A DNA stretch of 64,000 nucleotides from the human T2T-CHM13v2.0 reference genome, Homo sapiens. Under the pieces are notes generated by a model. It was not told where the DNA came from and searched no databases. It saw only the letters and a list, made by a program, of their open reading frames with translations. Numbering within the stretch: the stretch's first letter is position 1; each line of letters opens with the position of its first letter. The stretch lies in NCBI RefSeq assembly GCF_009914755.1, contig NC_060929.1; one strand, written 5' to 3'. The position numbers were made by a program, and so were the translations under genes. Of this stretch, positions 27,334 through 42,490 are shown piece after piece.

Positions 27334-30036
27334 GTATATAATTTCTAAGAAATTGACCTTTGTTTTAAATGTGGGGACGTCAGCAGTGGACTTTATAGTG
27401 CTTGGTGCCTTCTTACTGAGAAACTTCCTTTAGCACCTGTTTTTTTTAGTTTTTAGACTGAAGAAATCCAAACACCATTTTATATTTGACAATGCTTCCA
27501 GTATGATTTTTATACCAGATAAGCTAAATTTCACCTTTATATTAGTGTGTCAATGTTAAACTTAGTTTTAATAAAACTTTGTAGACATTTAATTTTTAAT
27601 GTCTGACCATAAGGTAAAATGTTTATAGACTCTTTTTAACCTTTTATAATTTTTGTTAAAGAGCAGGTTAGTGCTTTAAGAAAAACCCGTCATGTTATTT
27701 TAATGTCCAGTTCACAGAAAAACTGGATGATACCCTTTTAACTTTAGCCAATATGTTTACACACAGAATTTCCTTTACAATTTAACGTTTTAAAACTTGC
27801 TTAAACCTTCAAAACAAAAAAAATTTTAACCTTTTAATGTAGGTAAAAATCCACATTCTTATGCCTCTTTATAATCCTTTTACTAAAAGTATATTTTACT
27901 TTCCTTATACACCTTGCACATAAACTTTTTTCAATAGTTTTACATTCAGGAGGCCTAATTACTTTTAAATTATACAACATTTCTTGCGTAAATTCCCTTT
28001 TATAACACATTTTTTTTTCTTTCACGACTTTCAGACAATTCTTCAACATGCCTCAACTTTCTGACTTACTGCAAACATCTCTTTCTTTAAACAACCAGTT
28101 ATTTTAGGACAATAATTTACCATATAACATACTTTTTACATAAATTCTCCCCCAACTTTTTTTTTCCCCTAAAGATGATAACCATTCTTTTCCAAAGTGA
28201 ACTTCCTTCATGTCTGTGGACTAGACTGCCTAAGGCCATAAGATTAGAAGTTAGGATAATACATTTTACACTGTTAACTTTTAGCAAATTTTACTTTTAT
28301 TGAAAACCTTGTAAGTTTGGGATTTCAATTATCCTTTGCTGTTAATAAAACCTTGTTCATTCCAAATTAACTTAGAATTGGTATAGATGGTTCCTTCCCG
28401 GTTCTGTAAGTACTTTAAGGCTTGGCTGAGTGGAAACAGCTCGCACTTTGAGCAGACCAATTATTAGGCAATTTTCCTAACTCTGCTTTTACAAGAGTTT
28501 CCTTATCAATTACTGAACACCTATTGTGTCTTTTTCCCTCAATCACCTGGGAGGAACCATCTATCGTCCAGTCCTGAAGGGAGCTCCTCCTAGGTCTGGT
28601 GAGACCTTTGCGTGGTAATTAATTAAGACTTAGATCCCCTGTTAGGAAACCTGGTGGGTTAAGGGAATTATCAGTGGTTAATGTTAAATCATCTAACAGA
28701 ATAGCCCCATACTTTAAGATTTTTGAGTTAAACTATTTTTTTTTTTTTTTTTTTACTTAGGATAGTTCTGAACTGGTGAGGTGTGCTCACAATGAGGTTT
28801 CCTCTAAAAGTTATTTTTCTACTTTTTTCTGTTAGCAAAGCCGTTGCCACTACAGATTGAATGTATTTGGGCCATCCGCAGGGTACTGGGTTAGGGATTT
28901 TTGATAGGAAGGCTATGGGTTGTCAGTGGCCTCAGTGCTTTTGGGCTACACCCTTGTTTACACTGACAACAAAGTGGTATTGGAGTGTTATAGGGTCACG
29001 GAGAAGACCTTTAATTATCAATTATAGGTTCTAAATTTACCTTGGCTTTTAAAGGAATAGGGTACACTGGTTTTTTCTTAACTACTTGTATATCTCTCCC
29101 TTTCTCTTTGACTTTGTCTCTGTTTGACTCCCTCTTTGTCTTTCTGTCTCTTCTCTCTCTTTCCCCTCTCTCTTTTTCTCTCCTCTCTCTCTGCTGGTCT
29201 TTCCTTGCCTCTGCCAGCCACTTAGGCTGCTGTTCTCCCCTCTCCTTCCTCTTCACCTAGGGAAGGGACCGGAGGGAGTGGAGCTGCTCTTTCTTCCCCC
29301 AAGAAGAAAGTGGGGGGGTTGTGTGAGGTTCAACCCTTGAAATCAGCAGAAGGCTCAACCCCTCAAACCAGGGATGTCTCGCCTTGCCTGTCCCGGAAGT
29401 CTCAACCCCTCAAACCAGGGGGTGTCTTGCCTTGCCTGCCCTGGAAGGCTCAACCCCTCAAACCAGGGGGTGTCTTGCCTTCCTCGTCCTGGGAGGTTGA
29501 CCTGTTTCCCTCCTTTCCCCCTCTGAAGGTCCTTTGCACACTTCCCACTTGTGCTGTCCTCTCTGGCTGCTCCCTAAGGGAGAATTAGGCCCCTCTTAGT
29601 GTTGGTGTGCTGGTATAAATCCTACGGCAGGATCCACCCTAAACCATATGAGGTAGCTACAGAACCACGGAGAGGACCCACTCACTCCGTCCAGCAGTAG
29701 GACTTGTACCATCCACACACAACACCACCAGCAGGGTGGTCATTCACGCACACACACATTTAGCCCTCCAGAATTTGATCACCAAGGAAGTATTTTACCG
29801 GCTTCCACGGCTGCTGCTTCCTTGGTCTATGCACAGTTGTTGCTGCAGTATGTGAGGATCCTTTAAGCTAGGTTGCTGGCCAGTGTTTGTTTTTTTTTTT
29901 TTTTCCCTCTGCATTGCTGAGAGCTCAGGTTATTCCTCACACTGGGTGGGTCTTGTTTCTAACCCTTGAGGCTGCCACAATAGGGCGGGGTGCACCTCCT
30001 CACAAGAACCAGAGACCGCCCCCTGAGGGGAATATA

Positions 30037-30054
30037 ATCACGGGCGAGCCCCCA
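30037..30054 (-). promoter_or_regulatory. Retroviral primer-binding site, tRNA-Pro type
   Basis: Minus strand TGGGGGCTCGCCCGTGAT versus canonical PBS-Pro TGGGGGCTCGTCCGGGAT (16/18), 3 nt inside the 5' LTR boundary. Confidence 0.85.
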
Positions 30055-30057
30055 AAT

Positions 30058-30980
<923 letters not shown>

Positions 30981-31483
30981 ACCGCCATGTCCTCATCTTT
31001 AGGATGGGGATAATGACAGTCCCTCCCTCCCTCATGGGGCTGCGATGATGAATAAATAGGAGATTCTAGGTGAAGTCCAAATCCAGCACAAGCTGGGAAC
31101 TCTGTTAAGTGGCCATTACCTTTTTTCCTTGGAGGCAAGGGATCTGTGCTCCCAAAATTGATCTGTGCAGTAGGACCAAATAGTCCTGCTATAGACTATT
31201 TGAGTCAGTCCCTCACGTCCCCATGATGGATGACTGGTTGGCTAGGGAAGCAATTCTGCATGATAACCAACAGCATGCATGGGCTTTGGATTCAGACCTG
31301 AGTCGAATCCTCACCGTGCTGTTTATCTGCCTCATGAACTTGTGCCAGCCCCTTACCCTCTCTGGGCCTAATGTCCCTATATGTGAAATGGGCTCACAGG
31401 GCTATAGAGAGGACCAGTGAACCAAGGACTGTCAGATCGCCAGAACTTAGGACACATGGGATGGAGATTCTAATCAGGGCTCC

Positions 31484-32449
31484 TGTGGGTGGAGGATTAC
31501 CCAGGTGCCGAGGCAAGAGACTGAAGGCACAAACTGTTTCAGTATAATAAAGAAAATGGTTAGAATAAGAATAGTCATAATACAAATTAGATATAGAGAT
31601 GATCATGGACAATTATCAATCATTATTATAAACATTATTAATCATTAGCTTTTAATATTACTCTTTGTTGCATTACTAATATAACCTAGGAATAACCGGT
31701 GGGTATAGGGTCAGGTGCTGAAGGGACATTGGGAGAAGTGACCTAGAAGGCAAGAGGTGAGTCTTCTGTCACGCCCGCATAAGGGTTGCTTGAGGGCTCC
31801 TTGGTCAAGTGGTAACGCCGGTGTCTGGGAAGGCACCTGTTACTTAGCCGACCACGAAAGGGAGTCTCCTTTCCTTGGAGGAGTCAGGGCACACTCTGCT
31901 CCACCAGCTTCTTGTGGAAGGCTGGATATTATCCAGGCCTGCCCGCAGTCATCCGGAGGCCTAAACCCCTCCCTGTGGTGCTGTGCTTCAATGGGCACAC
32001 TCCTCGTCCACTTTCATGTTCCTCCCATACTCCTGGTTCCTCTTTGAAGTTCGTAGTAGATAGTGGTAGAAGGAATAGGGAAAATCTTAAAGTGTTTGAT
32101 CTTTCTTATAAGTGCATAGAAGAAAACGCTGACATATGCTGCCTTCTCTGTCTGCTTCAGCTACCTAAGAGGGAAGGGCCCCCTGTCCAGTGATCACGTG
32201 ACTTGCTTCACCTTGTCAATCACTTAGAAGATTCACCCTCCTTACCCTGCCCCCTTGTCTTGTATGCAATAAATATCAGTGCACCCAGCCTTTCGGGGCC
32301 ACTTACCGGTCTCCACGTCTTGGTGGTAGTGGTCCCCCGGGCCCAGCTGTTTTCTCTTTATCTCTTTGTCTTGTGTCTTATTTATTACAATCTCTCGTCT
32401 CCGCACACAGGGAGAACACCCGCTAAGCTCCGTAGGGCTGGACCCTACA
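31484..32449 (+). mobile_element. Solo LTR, LTR13A-type (HERV-K13/HML-4)
   Basis: 966 bp, TGTGGG...CCCTACA, perfect 6-bp TSD GGCTCC on both sides, AATAAA at 32268-32273; 5' end matches the recalled LTR13A consensus. Confidence 0.88.
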
Positions 32450-34745
32450 GGCTCCAGAGCATGCCTTCCAAGCACGTAGCCCTTTACCTCTTGGGGAAGG
32501 GAGCAGAAGTCCATGCGGGCTTCCTGCAGGCATCCTCAGTCCACACTTACCTGCTCTCATGAGGCTTTCAGGCGTTTGGGGGAAGCCCTGCGTGGTGAGT
32601 GAGGGGGAGAGAGAAGAGAAGGCTGCATCTCCAGAGAAGGACGAGACACGCATCAGAGTCACTTCCTGGGGGGCCTCAGAGCCGAGTGTGGCTGGGAAGA
32701 TGACATTAGCTGACCTACCTTGTGTCAGGCACTGTGTTGACCTCCTTCCCTGCAGGGATGACTTCTGCACTTTGCCGTCAGGAGCCATAGCATCTTTGTC
32801 ATAGCCTTGGGAGCCAGGCTGGTATGAGTTCAAACACCCATGCCACAATTCCTGGTCATGGGCAGCTCACCCAATCTCTCAGAGCCGCCCTCCTCCCTGG
32901 GAGGGGGTCTGGTAGCCATCACCTCCTCCATCACCGTCAGGAGGTTCCTGCAAGGTCCTATGGGTGGGGGGCCATTGTCCCCTGGGAGGTCTGCCTCTCC
33001 CATCAGGCCCTACCCCCAATTCTTTTTCAGGCCTCAGGGACACTCAGCCCTGGGGCTCCGTCCCCCTGCTGTAATCAGTCACTTTCTTCCTTTTGTAGAT
33101 GCTTTGCTTATTGTTCGTCCCCAAGTTCCGCCAAACTGTGGCCTCTGAGGAGCTCAAAACAAGCTGATTGATGACATCCACCACCACCCCTGCCCGCCCC
33201 CCCCCCCCAAAGCTTCCTTCCTGAGACCAAGCCAGGGTATTGCTCACCCTCTGTGCCAGAAGGTGGATTAAGCTACTTATACGTAGTCTAGCTTTTTTCT
33301 TGTAGGTCAGGATGTAAGTGAGAGACCTTGGGACCAGCAAACATTTTGCCCAGCTGTTGGGGTGTGAAGAACATTTCTTCAGTCCAGGAGCAAGAACAGT
33401 GTTGCTCCAGGGGAACTTGGGCCAGTGGGTCTATTGTGCCAAAAATGCTGACCTTCAGGCCCCGCAGGTGCTCTCCTGGGGCTGAAGTTGGGAGCAGCCA
33501 GGCTTCTGGGCACCACCCAGGCTGGGGGAGTGGCTGTCCTCAAGGCAAAGAGAAGGAGAAACGGTAGGCCTGGCAACCTCAGCCAGCTTATCACTGGGCA
33601 GCTGCCAGGGGCTGCCAGGAGGAGAAGCAGGCGCTGAGGGGCAGGACCATGTCAGCCGTTGGAAGAGACATTCAAAACCTGGACTGTTTTCTTACTCCTG
33701 CCACGCTGGGTCACTTTGACTGGCATGGAAGAAAGGAAGGCCCAGGGTTTCAATCTCATTTTTCAGAGAGGTGGATCCACAGGAGTTTTTCTTCCCTGAT
33801 CCCAACCCTTCAGCAGCCCCCAGAACCTTCTGGAGGACTTTAACCTCCCCTGCATGGCCTTTAAGACCCTTTGTGATACTGCCCCTGACTCCCACTCCAC
33901 CCTCCCCTCTCCCTTCTGGCCTGTACTCCTCACAGTTCCCCAGTGCTCTCAGCTGATTCTCATCTCCAGGCCTTTGCTGGTGCTGTTCCCTCTGCCTGAA
34001 ACACACTTCCCCATCCTTTGTCATCCTCCCAGCCCTGCTTCCTCAGTCTGCAAAGCAGCTCCCCTGAGAAGCTGTCGCCACTGCCCCAGCCCTCCCTGGC
34101 CACCACCCTGTGCAGTCATGGGGTCTGCTTATGTCCATCCTTGCAGCTGGTCTCAGCTCGAGGGGGCGGGGACAGTGTGTGACTTGTCAGTGCATGTACC
34201 CGGCAGCCAGCGCGGGCCCTGGCCCAGAGCAGATGCTCTGTAAATGTCAGATGAAGGAGGAAGTGATGTACTCGAGAAGGAATGAGGGCACATTCCCCCC
34301 ACCTCTCACTGCAGTGGGGCCCTAGCCCTGGGAGCCGGCGCCTCTGAAGTTGGAGTTTCCTGGGTCCCTTTATCAAGAAGAGACCACAGTCAGGGGGCCC
34401 GGCAGAGGGTCGGAGTCAGCTTGGGAATCCCAGCCCTGGCTGAGCATGCTTTGAGGGGGCGTCGGGATGACCTCACCCCCTGGGAACTCTCGCATCAGAG
34501 CCCACTCAAGCTGAGAGGTCTGCCACTTAGGCCTGGATGGAGTGAGCTTTTCTCCCCACAAGCAGCATTGCGACCTCTGGCCTCTCTGGGATGTCCTTGC
34601 AGCTGTTGACGGGGTTTTGTTTGCAAAGCAAAGGGAGCAGAGTGGCAGTTACCAGCGCGGGCTGGCCCTTTTCCCTTGGGGATGCTGGCCAACCAGGCCT
34701 CTGAAAAAGGGAACAAAGTCCAGTAAGCTGGTGTCTGTCTCCTGA

Positions 34746-35095
<350 letters not shown>

Positions 35096-35402
35096 TATGT
35101 TTTTTTCAAGCCCACTTTTAAACCCACCAATGGAAAATGGAACTTTGTTGGCAAAGGTGACTGATATCTTGGCCCCTCTGGATATGGCGGGAAGCCTTGC
35201 TAAATACCAGCCTTGCCTTTTCCTCTCTCTAGAGCACAGCCTGCCCCCCTCACCCCAACACACATGAGCACCATGTTGCTTCCTACTGCCAACAGTGCTG
35301 GTTTACATTTTGGACTGGGGCAAATGTCATTTGAACCAGAGATTTCTCACTCAAGGTCTACAGTCCAAGGACGCATGTTATAAAGGTCCAGGTCCAGGAA
35401 GC

Positions 35403-35514
35403 CCCTGAAGTTGAATATCAGATTGTGCATGGAGTCTGGGTATGTTTCTGGGGGGAAACCCTGAAGTTGAATATCAGATTGTGCATGGAGTCTGGGTATG
35501 TTTCTGGCGGGGAA
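35403..35514. repeat. 56-bp tandem duplication
   Basis: CCCTGAAGTTGAATATCAGATTGTGCATGGAGTCTGGGTATGTTTCTGG occurs twice with period 56. Confidence 0.92.
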
Positions 35515-37092
35515 GCCTCTATAGATTTTATTGCTTCTAACAAGGTCCATGAACCATTCCCCACGCCCCGCCAACCCAAAAGTTATGGCAGCTGCCTTGA
35601 AGAAGGGGTGGGGTGGAAGAAAGGGCATGAGCCTGGTCCTCTCAGACCCTCAGTTTCCTCATCTGGGAAATCAAGGTGGTAAAACCCACTCTGCAGAGTT
35701 TTCCTGAAGATTAAACCCAATAAACCAAGACATGTACCCACTACATAGCAGAGGCCCAGTGAAACTCCAGTGTAATCCTCATGTTCAAAGGAAGAGGCAG
35801 AATAGACGATTCTCCCATTTGGCAATTCCCTTTCCTGGTGGAGAGGAATCTGCTGAAAACCTCAGCCAGCATGCCATCTGCGGAACTCCAGCAGGCTGGA
35901 AGCCGGCGTCTCGGGGCCAGAGTATCGGGAGCTGTTGCTTCCTGCCATCCTCCTGACGGTAACTGCCATTTCCTTGGGCTCTTTTTAGATCAAAGGAAGG
36001 GCTAGGCTGGAGAGATGAGTGGGGACCATTCAGGGGATGGCACAAGGCGCATTTAGGACGCCTGCTGGCATAGTTTAAAAATAGGCTTCTGTCCTTGGAC
36101 ACCAAGGGGAAGCAACCCCAGGGTTTTCAAGAGGCCTCTGCTGGCCAAGGTTATGAGCCCTACACGGGAGAAAAATGTTTCAGAACGTATTTTCCCAGCT
36201 GCCACAGGTAGGTATCTCTGACCCAGGAATAAACCTTTCCTAGTCAAAGGAACTAAATAAGGTGGTTAAAGGAGGAGATCAAGTGTTTAATGAGCACCTA
36301 CTACATGCCACACACTGTGTGTCTGATGAGTTTGCTTTGTGTCATCCTCACAACAACCTTGCAGGGTAGAGATGATTTTTCCTACTTTTCTAGGTTGTTG
36401 GGGGCTGGGGCAGGGGGAACAGAGAAGTTAAGTACGGACCTCAAGATCACACGGACCGCAAGATCACACAGCTAATAAATAAGCAAAACCAGAATTTAAA
36501 CCCAGGTCTGACTCCAAGCCTGTGCTCTTTTTAACCACCTCTCAAACTGTGATGTAGAAATAAAAAGCATGAAAGAGATGGAGGTGAGGGGCTTACCCAG
36601 TGGTTGGACTTGTTATTTCCCATGGGGAAGGGAAGGGAATAGCTGTTTATTTAACATCTACTATGTGCCAGGACTTCTGCCGGGATTTTTCTATGCTCTC
36701 ATTGCCCCTGCCAGCAGCCTGAGACAGGGGTCTAAGGTCACGTGCCATTTAGACATGACAAAACTGCAGTTCTGGGAGGTACAGTGACTTGCTCAAGGCT
36801 CTCAGACAAATCAGTAGCAAAGCACAGGCTTTCATCCAGAGCCCATGAAGTAAATCTCAGAGCCACCCAGGAAGCAGTTCTTATGTTGACCGGCCTTCCA
36901 GAAAGACTTGCCAAGGCTGGGCAGTGGTGACCCTGACAGCCAGAGTTCCCTCCTCCCTAACCACCCACAGACACTCATCACCCACCCTCCAAATCTCTGC
37001 CATGCATTTCGAGTCTGGGCACTGTTTCCTTGACTAACTGCTGGAAAGACACTGCCCTCTAGTCTTGGTGGGGCTGGAGCAGCCTGTGATTA

Positions 37093-37842
<750 letters not shown>

Positions 37843-37988
37843 TCAGAAGTGGGGGGCACGGCTCACTGGCTGGGGCCAGCACCCACCCAAGGCCAGCAGG
37901 GCCTTGGTCTTTCATGGGAGGATGGCCCAGGGGATTTAGTCGCTGGCGTGGTTTGGGGACCTCTTCCTGGCAAAAGAGGTTTTATTTG

Positions 37989-37996
<8 letters not shown>

Positions 37997-38042
<46 letters not shown>
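37997..38042. repeat. (ATT)n microsatellite
   Basis: About 15 TTA/ATT units. Confidence 0.95.
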
Positions 38043-41000
38043 TACCAGTGACAGGGTATCTGTTTGAGTCTGGTCCTGGTGCCAGAAGCTAAGGATCTCT
38101 GCACCCGCAGACTTGGCCATTTTGGGGGAATGGCTGTAGTGACTGCCAGGAGGCGAAGGGTGGGGGACATTTGGCCCTCGATGGAATATTCTGCAGCCAT
38201 GAAACAAGCAGAGAAGGCTTGGGAGCGATGTGGGGAAATGCTTTCGATGTAATGTTGAATTAGAAAACAAAAAGCAGGACACAAAATTGTCTGTGCACTC
38301 TGATGGTAAGAAAGTTAGGAAACTACTTATGTTACTGAGTACTTCAGTGGTACTTATGGAAGAAAGTTAGGACAGGGGGAAAAAGCACGGGCTTGAGGTC
38401 AGACAGGCTGGGGTCATATCTCAACGCTGCCCCCTTGCAGCTTCAGGGAAGTGTCTTTGCTGCCTAGAGCCTTGTTTTCTCCTGGAAAAATGGAGACACC
38501 AATCCTGTAGGTGAAGCTTTGTTTTAAGAATTAGCTGGTATCATGTGTCAAAAAAAATCCAGCACAGCCATGGTACATCGTGAGGGCACAGCCCACAGTT
38601 CTCATGTGGGATCAGGACTGGGACAATGAAAAATGCAGAGACAGGGAGCAAAAGTTGGGAGAGGCAGCGGGTGGGGGGGACGGGTAGATTTTTCTCCTCT
38701 TTTCTGAACTTTCTATGATGTGGCTGTTGTGTTTGTTGCAGCAATTTCAATGATAAAGTTCAGGTTTGCCACTGACATCTCCAAACTAGGATGATCCGCA
38801 GGGCCCTTGGAGTCCACCCTCCACATTTTTCTGTTTCTTATAGGAACCACTTGCCCTGAACCCAGCTAAAAGCAGATGCTGGTGTACTATTTGAGATTGC
38901 TTATTGTTTTTCTTTTATTTTAAGCATCTTCCATTTGTGTAAATAACACATCCTCTTAGAAACTTTTTAACTCTAGTTTTCTTTATCTCACGTCAGCGCT
39001 GTGGTCTTGGGGAGGAAAAAAATAAAGACTGTTTATCTCTTATTCCCTGAAGGAAGTCAGATCATATAATCAAGATTAAACAAATATGTAAACTTCGCTG
39101 GTTACTTGGCCGCATTTTATCCTAACATATAGTTGGTTTTGCAGGAAGCTTCCCCTATAGAAACAAGGCAGTACTTCTCTCCACCCCAGTATTCATTTAA
39201 ATTGCAGGCCGCTCTTAAAGAACATCTCTTGGGATTCCCAAGCCCTTCTGTAAAGAAACTCTCTGACTGAGAGATGAGGTCGGAAAACAACAGTGATGGG
39301 GAGGGGAGATAAAAATAATCAAATAAGGGTGGCCATGGACGCTGGTGCTCAGAAGGGCTTTTGATATGTGGTCATATTTAATGTTTCCTGGAGGATTTGC
39401 CAGCTGGAGGGGGCCTTGGCCTGCTGGGCACTGGGGGAAGCTGCACCAGGAGCTGAGTGTCGTGCACAAGGCCACCGTGAGCGTGGACAGCACAGGCTTC
39501 TGCTGTCCCTGAGCTATCTCTGCCGATGGTCTGCACCCGGGTGCTGTTTCCCCTGCTCACTTGGGATTTGTCCATTCCTCTTAACCTCGTGGTTCTAGAG
39601 ATGGCCCACAGCCTGACTCTGCGTCCACCCTCCTTGCTGCCCTGGAGGCCCCTCCCTGACAGGCAGTGCAGGTGTGGCCGTGGCCCTGCTTTGCCAAAAG
39701 CCCTGTAGCGGCTCCCTCTTGCCCATGCAGTGCGTTCTGAGCCTCTTGGGCTGGCATTCAGGGCCTTCCCACCTGGTTCCTGCGGTGTCTGCAGCACCCT
39801 TGCCCTCACCTCTACAAGGCAGTGACTGCCCAACCTGGCACACCCCCTGCCACACCTACCGTATCACTTTACCCTCCCCCCAAATTCCAGCCTCCCCCTG
39901 CCTCTGCCCCTACCGTTCCCCTCTGCTCCCTCTCCTCCCTCGAGACCTGGCTCAGTGGGCATCCCACTATTCCCAGCCCCTAACTGAGTCCAGGGCCTCC
40001 TCCAGGCCCCTAGTCCCCCCGGTGCCATCGCCTGAGATGGTCTTTATCACGCCTGTTGTCGTTGGGCATTCAGCTGTGTGTCTGCTTGACCTGGAGAGAC
40101 TCAGATCTCCACGAAGGCAGGATGTGTGTGATCTGCAGAAAGAATAACTGGATGAAGAAATGAATGAGCAGTGGAATGAACGTTTTGTCTGCTGCCTGTG
40201 CCAGTCCAGTGCCTGGCAAGTCTGCCCAGGGGTGAAGGAGGTCAACAGGAAGCCTCTTGCCTCCCTCTCCTACCTTAGGGGTCTATGGCTCAGCCCTTCT
40301 ATCCATCTTGTGTTGGTTTTTAAAAGGCAGAGAGACTATGGTAAAATGGTAAAAAACAAACAACAACCACCACCACCACCACCAAAAAAAAACAGAGCTG
40401 GGATCACACACACCTGGCTTCAATCCCTGGTTTCATCTCTGCCCTTAACTAAACCAGCTGTGTGACTTTGGGCAAGTGACTGAACTCTCTGAAACTCCAT
40501 TTCGTCATGCATGCTGGGGATGGCTAACAGTAGTCCTTACCTCACAGAGACACTACGAGGATTAAATGATGAAATGCATGGCACATGACCAACCTAGAGT
40601 AAGTGTCTGAATGTGCGGTGATTCTATCAGTCAGGACATTGTTGGTTGCTAGTATCAGAAACCCAGCTCAACCTGGCTTAGAGCAGAAGAGGGCGCCCCT
40701 AGCCAAAAAATCTGCAGTCATCTGATTGGCCACCCTAGTATCTAGAGTTGGAGTGAGGTCGATCCACTAGCTGGCGGAAAGCGAGATCTCCCAAGGAAAA
40801 CTGGAGCATAGTAGCCAGAAAAAGAGGGATGGATACTGGGCAGGCAGAAACAGCAGGTGCCCCCATGACTAACTGTAGGTGGGAGGTGTAGAAAGGCAGA
40901 GGCCTTCACCACGGCCCAACGCTGAGGGAGGTGGTGCTCAGCCACCCCTCGTGGGCCTTACCCTTCTTCCATGAAAATGACCTCCATATTCTGCCTCCCT

Positions 41001-41266
41001 GTATCAGGGGAGGCCTGGCCAGAAGAGCCCAAGAAAGGGTTTTCTGCCCTGACCCTGACTGACCTTGAGCTTGGGCAGACCCCTCTCCCTCTGTTGGCCC
41101 ATTTTCCCATCTGTAAAATGGGCTCGTTGGAGGAGATGATCCCTGAGGTCTGCTCAAGCTCTAACTGTAACACAGGCAGCAACTGGTGTTTATCAAGCCT
41201 GGTGTGTGCTGAGCCCAGGGAAACCAAAGACGGCATGGACAAGCCCCTGCCCTCCAGGATCTACTA

Positions 41267-41682
<416 letters not shown>

Positions 41683-41759
41683 CTATTAAATATAGTTGAA
41701 ATGTCCAAAGCAAGTAGACTGAATGTTTTCTATTTTCCTACATAAAAATGAATGAAAAC

Positions 41760-42490
41760 CTTCAAATCTCTACTACCTTCAAGACATATCCAGAATCTGA
41801 CCCCTTCCCACCAGCTTTACTGGTACCTACCCCCAATAGGAGCCATCATGATCTCTGCCCTGGAATAATCCAGTAGCTTTGCTGGCCCCAGCATCCTTGC
41901 CACCGCCTCCCAGCAGTCCACTGTGCACACAGTGGCCTGAGCACTCCTACCATGTCTCTGCTCTAAACCTTCAATAAGGTCTCATTGCATTCAGAGTAAA
42001 ATGGTTAAAGAAAAATCAAACAATAGGATCTCCCCACCCCCCACCCCAGCTCTGATCTCATTTCTACCCGCTTCCCTCCTTGCTCCCACCATTCTGGCTA
42101 ACTGGCTTCCTTGTCATTTCTCAGTGACACCTCAGGGCCTTTGCACTTGCTGTACCTCCTACCTGGAATGGTCTTACCCCAACCACCCTCCCAGCTCATT
42201 TGCTTACCTCCTTCAGGTCTCTGCTCCAAAGCCACTCATCAGGGAGGCCCTTCCTCAAAGTCCTAAGAAAACACCTCTCTCTGCCCCGCCTTGTTGGCTG
42301 AATTTTACTCTGTAATGTTTCCCTCCAGGAAGAGTACGTTTTTCATTGTCTGACTTTGCCCACTGGAACGTCAGCTCCATCAGAGCAACAGCCTTGTCTG
42401 TCTTGGTGATTGCTGTATTCCCAGTGCCTGGCATGGTGCCTGGCACATACTAGACACTCCCTTCATATGTGTTAAGTAAAAGAATGACTG
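41760..42490 (+). mobile_element. L2 3' fragment
   Basis: L2 motifs CAGGGCCTTTGCACTTGCTG, AGGGAGGCCTTCC and CCCAGTGCCTGGCATGGTGCCTGGCACATA; boundaries approximate. Confidence 0.65.
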
